Assembly: GCA_030390025.1 (NCBI GenBank) | Contig: CM059427.1 | Span: 62,744,001 to 62,808,000, forward strand | Source: Squalus acanthias | Lineage: Eukaryota | DNA length: 64,000 nucleotides | Reading direction: 5' to 3' | Shown here: in pieces, positions 38,277-51,177 of the stretch | Position numbering within the stretch: the first letter of the stretch is position 1 | Layout of the letters: each line of letters opens with the position of its first letter | Made by a program: the position numbers and the translations under genes | Notes under the pieces: generated by a model | Told to the model about the DNA's origin: nothing | Databases searched by the model: none | The model's input: only the letters and a program-made list of their open reading frames with translations

Positions 38277-38454
38277 ATTTGAATAGTAATTGGTCTGGAA
38301 TGTCTCACAAGGCTGTGGTACCATTTAGAGCTAGTGTGTCTAAAACTCAACTGTTTTAATTCATTTGGGAGCTGATGTTCCACCCCATAACTCACTTGTT
38401 CTTGTTATTTTATAGAATATGTGAAAACGACATCAACTTTTAATGCTGTTGGAT

Positions 38455-38790
38455 ACAATAGCCTAGTGGTTAATGTATTACATTAGTAACCTTAATTGGC
38501 TTGAGTTTGTGCGTTCAAATCTCACCGTGGCAAGTTATAGAAATTGATTTTTGTTTTTAAGTCCGGTAATTTGTGGGCAGGCACCAGAGAAATGAAAATG
38601 AAATCTGCTGGGTTCTTGTAAAAACCCAACCGGGTCACTAATGTTCTTCATGGGAAGACCTGACATCCCTACCCAGCCAGGCCTAGATGTGACTAGCCAG
38701 TTAACTCTTAATATCCTGAGAGCAAGTAGGAATGGGCAATAAATACTGCCTTTCCAATGTCATCCACATCCCAAGAATAGATGTAAAAAA
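38455..38790 (+). mobile_element. tRNA-derived SINE family B (degraded)
   Basis: A box tagcctagtggt, B box gttcaaatc; tail atgggcaataaat...ccacatccc. Confidence 0.65.
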
Positions 38791-39284
38791 AATACTGGTA
38801 TTGAGGCTGTGATATCTGTTCTGTGTAAATGTCAGGATTATGTAACAATGCACTGAGTAAGAAATTAGGAGACAAGCATAGGGTTTAATACGAAGACTTC
38901 TTTCAGGCTTTCTGTAGAAATTTTTATGTTTAACAAGCTTTTTTCGTGGTTGCCAAGCCCTTTCCAAGTAAATTAAAGTATCTTAAACTCACCCTCTCTG
39001 TACCCTTGACATTTATTTTTTGATGAACTATGTACTCAAAGTGAAAGATGATAGCATGGGGTAATGAAATGCTTTTCATTTTCAGGCATCTAGTGTCATT
39101 ATGCAGTAGTTCTGGTGACAGGTATAGCACAGATAGATGCAGAGTAACAATCCTTGTACTCTGCCTTAGCCCCAATCTTACAGCAGCATGCCTTACTGAA
39201 CCAGTGTGGCATTTTCCATTCCATATGGCCTCTCTGTGTCAGACTGGCAATTTAATGACAATTAAAGCTAAATTTGAGGTTGTG

Positions 39285-41090
39285 TTATCTTCACTAAAGA
39301 AGAGGAGGCTGCAATGTCATAGTAAAGGAAGAAGTAGAGAACTTGGAGAGGATAAAAATAGATAAAGAGAAGGTACTTAAAAGGTTGGCAGCGCTCAAAT
39401 TAGAAAAATCACCTGGTCCGGATGGGATGCGTCCTAGGTTCCTGAAGGAAGTAAGGATGGAAATTGTGGAGGCTCTGGCCACAATCTTCCACTCCTCCTT
39501 AGATATAGGAGTGGTGCCAGAGGACTGGAGGATTGCAAATGGTACACCCCTGTTCAAAAAAGGGGAGAGGGATAATCTTGGCAACTACAGGCCAGTCAGC
39601 TTAACGTTGGTGGTGGGGAAACTTTTAGAGACAATAATCCAAGACAAAATTAATTGGCACTCGGGAAAATATGTGTTAATAAATGACAGCCAGCATGGAT
39701 TTGTTAAAGGCAAGTCATGTTTGACTAAGTTTATTGAGTTCTTTGATGAAGTAACGGAGAGGGTTGATGAGGGTGGTGCGGTTGATGTTGTGTAAATGGA
39801 TTTTCAAAAGGCACTTAATAAACTATCACATAATAGACATGTTAGCAAAATTGAAGTCCATGGGATTAAAAGGACAGTGGCTGTGTTGATATGTAATTGG
39901 CTAAGAGACAGAAAGCAGAGAGTAGTGGTGAACGGTTGTTTTTCAAACTGAAGAGAAGTATACAGTGATGTCCCCCAGGGTTTGGTGTTGGGACCACTGT
40001 TCTTTTTGATATATATTAATGACCTGGTCTTGGGTATACAGGGCATAATTTCAAAGTTTGCAGATGACACGAAAATCGGAATTGTAGTAAACAGCGAGGA
40101 GGATAGTTACAAATTTCATGAGGAAATTGGCAGACACATGTCAGATGCAATTTAACGCAGAGAAGTGTGAAGTGATGCATTTTGGTAGAAAGAATGAGGA
40201 GAGGCAATGTGAACTAAATGGTACAATTTGAAAGCGGGTGCAGGAACAGGGAGACCTGGGGATGTACGTACAGAAATCTTTGAAGTTGGCAAGACAAGTT
40301 GAGAAGGCTGTTATAAAAGCATATTGGATCAATGGCTCTATAAACAGAACTGAGAGGTCGCACAACACCAGGTTATAGTCCAACAGTTTTATTTGAAATC
40401 ACAAGCTTTCGGAGCTAATAAAACTGTTGGACTATAACCTGGTGTTGTGCGACCTCTCAATTTTGTCCACCCCAGTCCAACACCGGCATCTCCGCATCAT
40501 GACCTCTATAAACAGAGGCATACAGTGCAAAAGCAAGGAAGTTATACTAAACCTTTATAAATCACTGGTTAGGCCCCAGCTGGAGTATTGTGTCCAATTC
40601 TGGGTACCACACTTTAGAAAGGCTGTCAAGGCCTTAGAGAGAGTGCAGAGGAGATTTACTAGAATGGTACCAGACATGCGGGACTTCAGTTACGTGGAGA
40701 GAATAGAGAAGCTGGGGTTGTTCTTCTTAGAGCAGGGAAGGTTAAGAAGAGATTTGATAGAGGTGTTCAAAATCTTGAAGGGTTTGATAGGGTAAATAAG
40801 GAGAAACTGTAGCAGAAGGGTTGGTAACCAGAGGACACAGATTTAAGGTAATTGGCAAAAGAATCAGAGGCGAGATGAGGAAAATTATTTTGCACAACAA
40901 GTTGTTATGATCTGGAATGCACTGCCTGAAAGGGTTCTAGAAGTAGATTCAGTAGTAGCTTTCAAAAGGGAATTGGAATGGGATACATTTGCAGGGCTAT
41001 AGGGAAAGAGCAGGGACTAATTGGATAGCTCTACCAAAGAGCACGATGGAACAAATGGCCTTCTTCTGAGCTGTATTTTTCTAAGATTAT
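39285..41090 (+). mobile_element. CR1 LINE ORF2 pseudogene (RT to 3' UTR)
   Basis: ORF 39343-39795 KSPGPDGMRPR...NYRPVSLT; LYKSLVRPQLEYCVQFW. Confidence 0.93.
40349..40503. mobile_element. 155-bp fold-back Penelope-like insertion (family 2)
   Basis: 13-bp TSD ctctataaacaga; perfect 43-bp inverted repeat at 40351-40393 / 40417-40459. Confidence 0.85.
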
Positions 41091-41974
41091 GTGTTATGCT
41101 GTAGAACCCTACACACTGGGAGATGGCTAGGACAACAAAGTCATGGCAGATTTGATAGGAAAGCTGTTGTGATTAAATGTCCTCAAATATATCAAGTCAC
41201 GTAACAAAAGGCTCCAGTGATACAGGAATATTTTCCAGTCTGTGATACTAAAATAAATGTTGAGGTCCGTACATGTAAAGTTATAAATATGTAATTACGC
41301 TGTTCATCATGAAACTGAAAATATATTACTACAGGCAACATGATGACACAATGCATTGGTACTTCAAGGTGATGCACCAGGGACCTAGAGCTTGATTTGG
41401 AGTAGCTCCTGATTTGCCATTTGAGAAGTTACTGATTTCAGCTATCCTATCATGATGAGGCAAGTGGAGGCCACAGGCTCCACAGGAAGGAAGGGATTGT
41501 TGGAAAGAGATTACTATAGGCTGCTATTTCAGATGTCCCTGTTATTGAGGATAGAGTGGAATCACCAGATGCGTTCGAGCAGCTCTGCTTTTGCCTGTGG
41601 ACGATACGTGGTATGGGGAAAATATTAAGAGAGGAAGGCGAGGAAAAACAATATATATAAAACTAGAAGTTACATTTATATAGTACCTCTAACACAGAAA
41701 AACGTCCCATGATACTTCTCTGCTAGTTATTGGGAATAAACGTCGAACCAGGAAAAGAGGGAGAGATTAGGAAATGGGATGGAAAGCTGTTTATTAATAT
41801 AGCTCCATCTACATTGTAGTAAATAATTTCATCATTTGTAATACATAGAAGGAATTGTGCTTTGTGATATCAAATAATCACTGCAACCTGAGTCACATGG
41901 ACATTCATAATTCTCTTTCAGTTCTGTTAATTCTAGTGTTTTCACATTTCTTCCTCCGCTATTTTGATTTAGAC

Positions 41975-44888
41975 AAATCTAAAGGCGCTGTATCTTAATG
42001 CACAAAGCATTCGTAATAAGGTAGACGAATTAACAGCGCAAATAGATGTAAATGGATACGATATAATTGCGATTACGGAGACATGGCTGCAGGGTGACCA
42101 AGGCTGGGAGCTGAATATCCAAGGATATTCGATATTTAGGAAAGATGGGCAAAAGGAAAAGGAGGTGGGGTGGTGTTGTTAGTAAAGGATGAAATCAGAG
42201 CAATAGTGAGAAAAGATATTGGTTCAGAAAATCAAGATGTAGAATCAGTCTGGGTGGAGCTAAGAAGCACCAAGGGGCAAAAAACATTGGTGGGGGTTGT
42301 CTATAGACCTCCAAACAGTAGTGGTAATGTAGGGGATGGCATCAAACAGGAAATTAGAGATGCATGTAACAAGGGTACTACAGTAATCATGGGTGACTTT
42401 AATCTACATATAGACTGGTCAAACCAAATTAGCAATAATACTGTGGAGGATGAATTCCTGGAGTGTGTACGAGATGGTTTTTTAGACCAGTACGTTTAGG
42501 AGCCAAATAAGGAACAGGCTATCCTAGATTGGGTATTGTGCAATGAGAAGGGGTTCATTAATAATCTTGTTGTGCGGGGTCCTTTAGGGAAGAGTAACCA
42601 TAATATGATAGAATTCTTCATTAAGATGGAAAGTGAAGAAGTCCAATCCGAAACTAGGGTCCTAAATCTAAACAAAGGAAACTACGAAGGTATGAGGAGT
42701 GAGTTGTCTATGATAGATTGGGGAGCTTCATTAAAAGGCATGACAGTGGATAGGCAATGGCTAACATTTAAGGAACGAATGCATGAATTGCAACAGTTAT
42801 ACATTCCTTTCTGGCGCAAAAACACAAAAGGAAAAGCGGCCCAACCATGGCTAACAAAAGAAATTAAGGATAGTATTAGATCCAAAGAGGAATCATATAA
42901 AGTTGCAGAAAAAGTAGCAAGCCTGAGGATTGGGAACAGTTTAGAATTCAGCAAAAAAGGACCAAGAGATTGATTAAGAGGGGAAAAATAGAGTATGAGA
43001 GTAAACTTGCAAGGAACATAAAAGCAGACTGTAAAAGCTTCTACAAGTATGTAAAAAGAAAAAGATTAGTGAAGACAAATGTAGGTCCCTTACAGTCAGA
43101 AACGGGAGAATTTATAATGGGGAACAAGGAAATGGCAGCGCAATTAAACAAATACTTTGGTTCTGTCTTCACGGAAGAGGACACAAATAACTTCCCAGAA
43201 ATGCTAGGGAACCAAGGGTCTAATGAGAAGGAGGAATTAAAGGAAATTAGTATTAGTAAAAAAAATAATGCTGGAGAAATTAATGGGACTGAAAGCCGAT
43301 AAATCCCCAGGGCCTGATAATCTGCATCCCAGAGTACTAAAAGAGGTAGCCATGGAAATAGTGGATGCATTGGTTGTCATCTTTCAAAATTCTCTAGATT
43401 ATGGAACAGTTCCTGCAGATTAGAGGGTGGCAAATGTAACCCCACTATTTAAAAAAGGAGGGAGAGAGAAAATAGGGAACTACAGACCGGTTAGCCTAAC
43501 ATCAGTAGTAGGGAAAATGCTAGAGTCTATTTTAAAGGATGTGATAACAGGACACTTAGAAAATATCAACGGGATTATACAAAGTCAACATGGATTTATG
43601 AAAGGGAAATCGTGTTTGACAAACCTACTGAAGTTTTTTGAGGATGTAACTGGTAGAATAGATAAGGGAGAACCAGTGGATGTGGTGTATTTGGATTTTC
43701 AGAAGGCCTTTGATAAAGTCCCACATAAGAGGTTAGTGTGCAAAGTTAAAGCACAGGGGATTGGGAGTAATATACTGGCATGGTTTGAAAATTGATTAAC
43801 AGACAGGAAACAGAGAGTAGGAATAAATGGGTCTTTTTCGGGGTGGCAGGCGGTGACTAGTGGGGTACCGCAGGGATCAGTGCTTGGGCCCCAGCTATTC
43901 ACAATATATATCAATGATTTGGATGAGGGAACCAAATGTAATATTTCCAAGTTTGCTGACGACACGAAACTAGGTGGGATTGTGAGTTGTGAGGAGGATG
44001 CAAAGAGGCTTCAAGGCGATTTAGACAAGTTGAGTGAGTGGGCAAATACATGACAGATGCAGTATAACGTGGATAAATGTGAAGTTATCCACTTCGGTAG
44101 GAAAAACAGAAAGGCAGAGTATTATTTAAATGGTGATAGATTGGGAAATGTTGATGTACAGAGGGACCTGGGTGTCCTTGTACACCAGTCACTGAAAGCA
44201 AACATGCAGGTGCAGCAAGCAGTTAGGAAGGCAAATGGTATGTTGGCCTTCATTGCAAGAGGATGTTAGTAGAGGAGCAAGCATGTCTTACTACAGTTAT
44301 ACAGGGCCTTGGTGAGACCACACCTGGAGTACTGTGTGCAGTTTTGGTTTCCTTACCTAGGAAAGGACTTACTTGCCATATAGGGAGTGCAGCGAAGGTT
44401 CACCAGACTGATTCCTGGGATGGCAGGACTTTCATATGAGGAGAGATTGGGTCGACTTGGCCTGTATTCACTAGAGTTTAGAAGAATGAGAGGGGATCTC
44501 ATTGAAACGTATAACATTCTGACAGGGCTAGACAGACTGAATGCAGGGAGGATGTTTCCCCGGGCTGGGGGGTCTAGAACGAGGGGTCACAGTCTCAGGA
44601 TACGGGGTAGGACATTTAGGACTGAGATGAGGAGAAATTTCTTCACTCAGAGGGTGGTGAACCTGTGGAATTCTCTACCACAGAAGGCTGTGGAGTCCAA
44701 GTCACTGAATATATTTAAGAAGGAGATAGATAGATTTCTAGACACAAAAGGCATCAAGGGGTATTGGGAGAGAGCGGGAATATGGTATTGAGATAGAGGA
44801 TCAGCCATGATCATATTGAATGGCGGAGCAGGCTCGAAGGGCCGAATGGCCTACACCTGCTCCTATTTTTCTATGTTTCTATGTTTCT
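41975..44888 (+). mobile_element. CR1 LINE with near-complete ORF2 (APE endonuclease plus RT), pseudogenised
   Basis: [44 protein letters not shown]; (ctatgttt)n tail; several stops and frameshifts. Confidence 0.96.
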
Positions 44889-45394
44889 AATTAGAAATAA
44901 TTAAATAAATATAGAAGAATGAGGTGCTGTGTTTCAAGGCAGCAATACATCTCAAGGTCCAAATGAAGATGAATTGCTTGAGCGTCACTCTCAGTTTAGA
45001 ATGTCATCTGAACTCACTGATGTGATACTGCCTTGTAATGCAATCCTCCCTATCTATTATACAACATGTATCCCTTTGTTAGTAACAGAATTAGAATGGA
45101 ATGCTATGCAATTATTAAGTTATTACTGTACAATATATACATTGATTATAATTTTCAGGCCTTCAAGTGTCCATTTTCATTCAATAAATGTGCAGCGACT
45201 ATATCATTAATCTCTTGTTTTAGGGATCAAAGCATCAGTTACACAGAGCGTACTGGTGATCGCCTTCTCCAAGACAGCTGCTGTCAACAAAAGAAGGACT
45301 CAAAAACTGACAGCGTTCCCATTAGCTTCAAAGTCCATATATTATTAAAAACAATCTACGCAATAGACTGATTTCAGGGCTGCATTCTCATCAG

Positions 45395-45960
45395 GAAAGC
45401 AAATAGAGACAAACAAGTACAAGTCGGAGAGAGTCATGCTCAAACTGCAGAGTGCTCTGGTCGTACCACACCCTGAGCACTGTGTCCAGTTCTGATCACC
45501 AATACACAAGGGAGGCATTCAAGCAGTGGAAGCAATTTAGAGAAGAACCATGAGGCTGATCTCTTGTATCAGCAGCCTCAGGTATGAGGAAGCACTGGAG
45601 AAACCTGGGCTTTGCAGCTTTGAAAACAGGCAAGTGAGAAATGATCTTGTAGCGATATACAAGACAGGAAATGGTATGGAAAAGGTAAAACAGCAGCACT
45701 GCTTCAAACCAAATCATGACAGTAGGACAAAGAGATACAGATTCAAACTAGATAAAGGCATATTTAGGATTACTGTCAGGACGATCTTCACACAAAGTGT
45801 GACCAACACATGGAATGAACTTCTGGGTAGGGTAGTGGAGGCAAAAGCTTGGATTCAGTTAAGAAACAATTAAACACCATGATGAGGGACAGCGGCATCT
45901 CTCTGGATGGATGAGCTAAGAGGAGCCTAATGGCTTTCCCCATCTGTATCTATTGTGTGA
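45395..45960 (+). mobile_element. Old CR1 3' fragment
   Basis: ORF 45550-45873 LRYEEALEKPGLCSFE...FTQSVTNTWNEL. Confidence 0.8.
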
Positions 45961-46099
45961 TCTCAGATTTCAAATGATAATTCCCCAACTTTAGTTCTAA
46001 CAGTTAATGATAGCATCCGAACCCTTCATAATCACTTTCAAGCGTCCATCATTTTCTATATAAATTATATTGTCATGCTGGAACTCAAAGTATTATCAA

Positions 46100-46330
46100 A
46101 AGTGGAGACCAGCTGATGCAGTTGACTAACTCTTTTGCTTCTGGGACCTGTGACCCAGACTGATGGGATAAAATGCTCTTCTTTCTGTTGACTGTAAGGT
46201 CACTTCATGAAGTGAGACTGGGCTGCAATAATTCACTTCATAATGGCATGACCTCACATTACAGAATTGCAATCTCACTCCGAGGAGCCACAGAAATGAT
46301 TAGTGGAAAATTTTACACAGTGCTTTTGGA
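46100..46330 (+). mobile_element. Possible ancient LF-SINE-like remnant
   Basis: ctgggacctg...cccagactgatgggat...ctgtaagg...tgaagtgag resembles the LF-SINE body as recalled; not aligned. Confidence 0.3.
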
Positions 46331-46892
46331 GGGTGTGATTAAAGTGCTGTAAAGGCCCAGCAGGTCAATCAGAATATGAAAGAGAAAGAAATGCAATTTA
46401 TAATGCTTGTTAAAACAAAGGCTAATTTTAAGGTTAATGTTTTGGGTGTAACTTTTATCAAAACTGATAAACTGATAAAATGAGGCTGGATAATGCTGTT
46501 TTATAGGACTACAGGGACCAGCCAGGATACATCTAAACTGTAGTTATAATGACACTTAGCATTATAACTCAGATGTCAGGCCATGACTACAATTAAGCCA
46601 AACAGTGTGAGACCCTCATTCAAGTCAACATCTCACGTCATTTTGAGTCTCACTGGTTGCCGTATAACTTCAGCCAGGTGCATATTCCACATTTCAAAGC
46701 TACCCGGATTGTTCTTTGGATCTCCTGGAAACCTTTAAAACTTTAAAGGGAATGTTAAGAGAGAGAGTGGATGCTCTTGCCCATGCTTTCCTAGCGTTAA
46801 AACTAGCTGGCAGAGATCTTTTTCCATTGCACCTTGGTGCTAGTTAGCCTAAGGCTATTGTGCACTATAGCAATAGAAAAGTAGAGCAAGAA

Positions 46893-47320
46893 AAGGAAGA
46901 AAGACTTGCATTTATATAGCGCCTTTCATGGCCACCGGACATCTCAAAGTGCTTTACAGCCAATGAAGTACTTTTGAAGTGGAGTCACTGCTGTAATGTA
47001 AAGATCTAATAGATGTTCTCAAGTGTATGAAAGATTGAGAGAGTAAATAATGAAGGATTGTTTCTACTAGTTGGTGAATCGGTAACAAGAGGGTTATCAT
47101 TAGAAGAACAAAGTTGGAAGTTAGCAGTTACTTCACATGAGGTTATTAGAATATGGAATACTTTACCAGAAGTGGCTATTGATGGCGAGACTATAACATC
47201 ATTTAAAAAGGAACTGGATAAGTATCTAAAAAGAAAGAATTTAAAAGTATATGGGGAAAGGGCAGGGAAATGGGGTTAGAATAGATAGTTCCAGTTGAGA
47301 AACTAATATTAGCACAGGCA
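46893..47320. mobile_element. SacSINE1-like tail (minus, 46893-47000) followed by an old CR1 3' fragment (plus)
   Basis: aaagacttgcatttatatagcgcc; ORF 47058-47279 IWNTLPE...FKKELDKYLK; CR1 UTR resumes at 49960. Confidence 0.75.
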
Positions 47321-47321
47321 T

Positions 47322-49959
47322 TTCACTATCCCATCTGACTGTCCCCTCTCTGACCCCGAACGATCAGTCCTTAGCAAAGGCTTGAGCTTCATCCCCTTAC
47401 GCCCCTACCTTAATGAATTTCGAGCTCGGCACGATGCTGAGCTCTTTAACCGCCGCCTTTGTCTCCGTTCCCACTTCTTTGGCCAGGAGTCTTCCTCCCG
47501 CACGGCTGACCCTTTCTCGCGCTTTCAGAATTCTCGTTCTACCTGGACCCCTCCCTCTGGCCTCTTAACCTCTCTAGATCTTTTCATTGCAAACTGCCGG
47601 CGTGACATCGGCCGTCTCAATTTCTCTGCTCCCCTCACTCACTCCAACCTATCTCCCTCTGAACTTGCAGCACTCCATTCTCTCAGATCCAACCCCAACA
47701 TTGTCATTAAATCTGCTGACAAGGATGGTGCCGTTGTTGTTTGGTGAACCGACCTCTACCTAGCGGAAGCTGAACGCCAACTCTCCAACACCTCCTCCTA
47801 CCTCCACCTGGACCATGACCCCACTACCGAACATCAAGCCACCGTTTCCAAGACTGTCACTGACCTCATCTCCTCTGGAGATCTTCCCCCCACGGCTGCC
47901 AACCTCATAGTTCCCCAACCCCGCACAGCCCGCTTCTACCTCCTTCCCAAGATCCACAAACAGGACTGCCCTGGTAGACCCATCGTTTCAGCCTGTTCTT
48001 GCCCCACGAAACTTATCTCTTCCTATCTCGACTCTATTTTTTCTCCCCTTGTCCAGTCTCTTCCCACCTACATCTGCGACTCTTCCAACGCCCTCCGCCA
48101 CTTTAACAGTTTCCAGTTTCCTGGCCCCAACCGCCTCCTTTTCACTATGGACGTACAATCCCTCGACACCTCCATCCCCACCAGGATGGCCTGAGGGCGC
48201 TCCGCTTCTTCCTTGAACAGAGGCCCAACCAGTCCCCATCCACCACCACCCTCCTCCGCCTGGCTGAACTTGTTCTCACAGTGAACAACTTCTCCTTTGA
48301 CTCCACTCACTTCCTCCAAATCAAAGGTGTTGCTTTGGGAACCCGCATGGGTCCTAGCTATGCCTGCCTTTTTGTGGGATATGTGGAACATTCTTTGTTC
48401 CAGTCCTACTCAGGTCCCCTCCCTCACCTCTTTTTCTGGTACATTGATGATTGTATCGGTGCCGTTTCCTGCTCTCGCCCTGAACTAGAAAATTTCATTC
48501 ACTTTGCTTCCAATTTCCACCCTTCCCTCACCTTCACATGGTCCATCTCCGACTCTCCCCTTCCCTTCCTCGACTTCTCCGTCTCCATCTCTCGGGATAG
48601 GTTATTGACAAACATTCACTACAAGCCCACTGACTCCTACAGCTACCTGGACTACACTTCCTCCCACCCCACTTCCTGTAAGGACTCTATTCCATTCTCC
48701 CAGTTTCTCCGTCTCCGCCGCATCTGCTCTGATGATGCCACCTTCCACACCAGTGCTTCCGACATGTCTTCCTTTTTCCTCAACCGAGGATTCCCCTCTA
48801 CTGTGGTTGACACGGCCCTTGACCGTGTCCGTTCTATCTCCCGCACCTCTGCCCTCACCCCTGCCCCTCCCTCCCGGAACCATGATAGGGTTCCCCTTGT
48901 CCTCACCTTTCACCCCACCAGCCTCCACATTCAACGGATCATCCTCCGCCATTTCCGCCACCTCCAGCGTGATCCCACCACCAAACACCTCTTCCCCTCA
49001 CCTCCCCTTTCAGCATCCTGAAGGGACCGCTCCCTCCGCGACACCCTGGTCCACTCCTCTATCACTCCCAACACCCCTTCCCCTTCGCCTGGCACCTTCC
49101 CGTGCAAGCGCAGGAGATGCAACACATGCCCTTATACCTCCCCCCTTCCCACGGTCCAGGGCCCCAAACACCTCTTCCAGGCGAAACAGCGATTTACTTG
49201 TACTTCTTGCAATTTAGTATACTGTATTCGCTGCTCACGATGTGGTCTCCTCTACATTAGGGAGACCAAATGCAGATTGGGTGACCGTTTTGCGGAACAC
49301 CTCCATTCAGTCCGAAAGGGGGATCCTGAGCTTTCGGTCGCCTATCACTTTAATTCTCCACTCCACTCCCACTCAGACCTCACCGTCTTTGGCCTCTTAC
49401 ATTGTTCCAATGAAGCTCAACGTAAGCTCAAGGAACAGCACCTCATCTTTCGATTAGGCACTTTACAGCCTTCTGGACTCAACATAGAGTTCAACAATTT
49501 CAGATCATAACCTTGGCCCCTATCATATATATTTTTTTTCCACACTTTTTTTTGGTTTGTGTTTTCTGTTCTTCTCTCCCACATGGCAGCTGTCTTTCAT
49601 TCTGCCAGCGCAATTTACTCTTCATCTAGAGCCATCCTTTGTTTCTTAACCTGTCCCATTACCATCTCCTTTTGCCTTGAATATCTCTTAATGTCTCTTT
49701 ATGTCTCTTAACCTCTCCTGCCTTCTATCCTAGCACAGACCTTCCCTTTTGTTCTTTCATCCTCTCCCCCCTTTCCCAGCTCCTACACTTGCTTAAAAAT
49801 CTGTTCCATTTCCTGCTTTTTTCCAGTTCTGACGAAGGGTCATCGACCTGAAACGTTAACTCTGTTTCTCTCTTCACAGATGCTGCCTGACCTGCTGAGT
49901 ATCTCCAGCATTTTCTGTTTTTATTTCAGATTTCCAGCATCTGCAGTATTTTCTTTTTG
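47322..49959 (+). mobile_element. Penelope-like retroelement (RT, Cys-rich linker, GIY-YIG; Neptune-like), 5'-truncated pseudogene with pseudo-LTR
   Basis: LSKGLSFIP, FYLLPKIHK, QIKGVALGTRMGPSYA, YIDD, CKRRRCNTC, LVYCIRC..CGLLYI.ET; 15-bp TSD tattagcacaggcat at 47307-47321 and 49960-49974. Confidence 0.95.
49825..49861 (+). ncRNA. Minimal hammerhead ribozyme motif (PLE family 1), best-preserved copy
   Basis: AGUU-CUGACGA-A-GGGUC-AUC-GACCU-GAAA-CG-UU^-AACU; palindromic ACGU stem III. Confidence 0.8.
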
Positions 49960-50956
49960 TATTAGCACAGGCATGATGGTGTTAATTGCCCCCTTCTGTG
50001 CTGTAATTTCTATGATTCTATCATCTCTAATTACTAACTGTGGGTCACAGCAGTAGATACCCATCTCAAATTGTTAGCGATAATATTACTGCAGCCTAAG
50101 AAAGCAAAAAGGGGGGGAAGAGTTACTGACCTACATTGACCACTCTAGTTGTGATTACGAGGAGCTTTATTTCATATCCGACTGTGCTAAAGCTGCCCTG
50201 GGAAGGCTGACTTTGAATGCCCAGAATGGAAACTTGCAGTATTCCCCAAAAATTGTTTCTAATATAACACTGATGAGATCATGTGCATTTGTGTCTCTGT
50301 CTTATTATTCACTGAGTAGTGAAGTAATGTACTGCACAGTCTGTTTACTGCCTTCAGATAGCAATCCATTATAAAGGAGCCTAAAGGCTGAAATGGAATG
50401 TCCTGTGTCTCTACACAACAAAATAAATCAAGACATATACCTGAATAAGAGACATGTTTTTTTCTCTCTCACTGGACTTTACTGCTGCGCCTCTTCTTTG
50501 AATTTTGTGTGAGTGACTTGCCGCTACCAGTGTTACATTACTAATGAATGACTCTGCGATGAGTGTGCGGGGAGGAGGAGAGGCTGTTTTCTCTGAATGG
50601 GTGACAAGTCTGAACTTGTTTCAGAATGCACGGAACGGTTCTCTTTCACAACACTTATTTAAATGTACCTTAAAATAACTTTCGTTTCACCAGCCTTGAC
50701 TGGCAAAAGCAGCTCTTTAGCCAGGATTTGCACACCAGGAGCGCATATCAGGGAATCCCACACCTTGGCCTGTAATTTTTCTGACCATTAAAATTAATAG
50801 TCGGAAAATCAAGGGCTGGGGGGACGGGGTCTAAATGTCTCGATATGTGCGCTAAAGTGGAAAATCGCAGCAGATGTAAAAAAGCATAATCCTGCTGCTC
50901 TTACATTGCTGTACTTTTCCATGCAGGAGGCCAACACAACCAAGATATTAAATTAA

Positions 50957-51174
50957 AAATAAAAACTGAAAATGCTGGAAATACTCAACAGCAATGTCCC
51001 CTCTAATTTTTTTTCGTATGCGGTCCCTTTGTATGCGCGGTATCTTCCAGCGGCAACAGCGTGTGAGCGGCCTGCGTGGGACCTCCCGATTGATGCGCGG
51101 CTGCGAGCCCGCACACCTTAGGGAGAACATTGCTCAGCAGGTCAGGCAGCATCTGTGGAGAGGGAAACAGAGTT
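50957..51174 (-). mobile_element. PLE family 1 pseudo-LTR 3' fragment, split by a hAT MITE
   Basis: Reverse complement of 49858-49927. Confidence 0.8.
50992..51132. mobile_element. hAT-type MITE, 141 bp
   Basis: 15-bp imperfect TIR caatgtcccctctaa / ttagggagaacattg; 8-bp TSD ctcaacag / ctcagcag. Confidence 0.85.
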
Positions 51175-51177
51175 GAA

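Noticed and set aside
45215-45371. Plus-strand exon after ctcttgttttag
   Set aside because: No recognisable protein in any frame and no convincing donor
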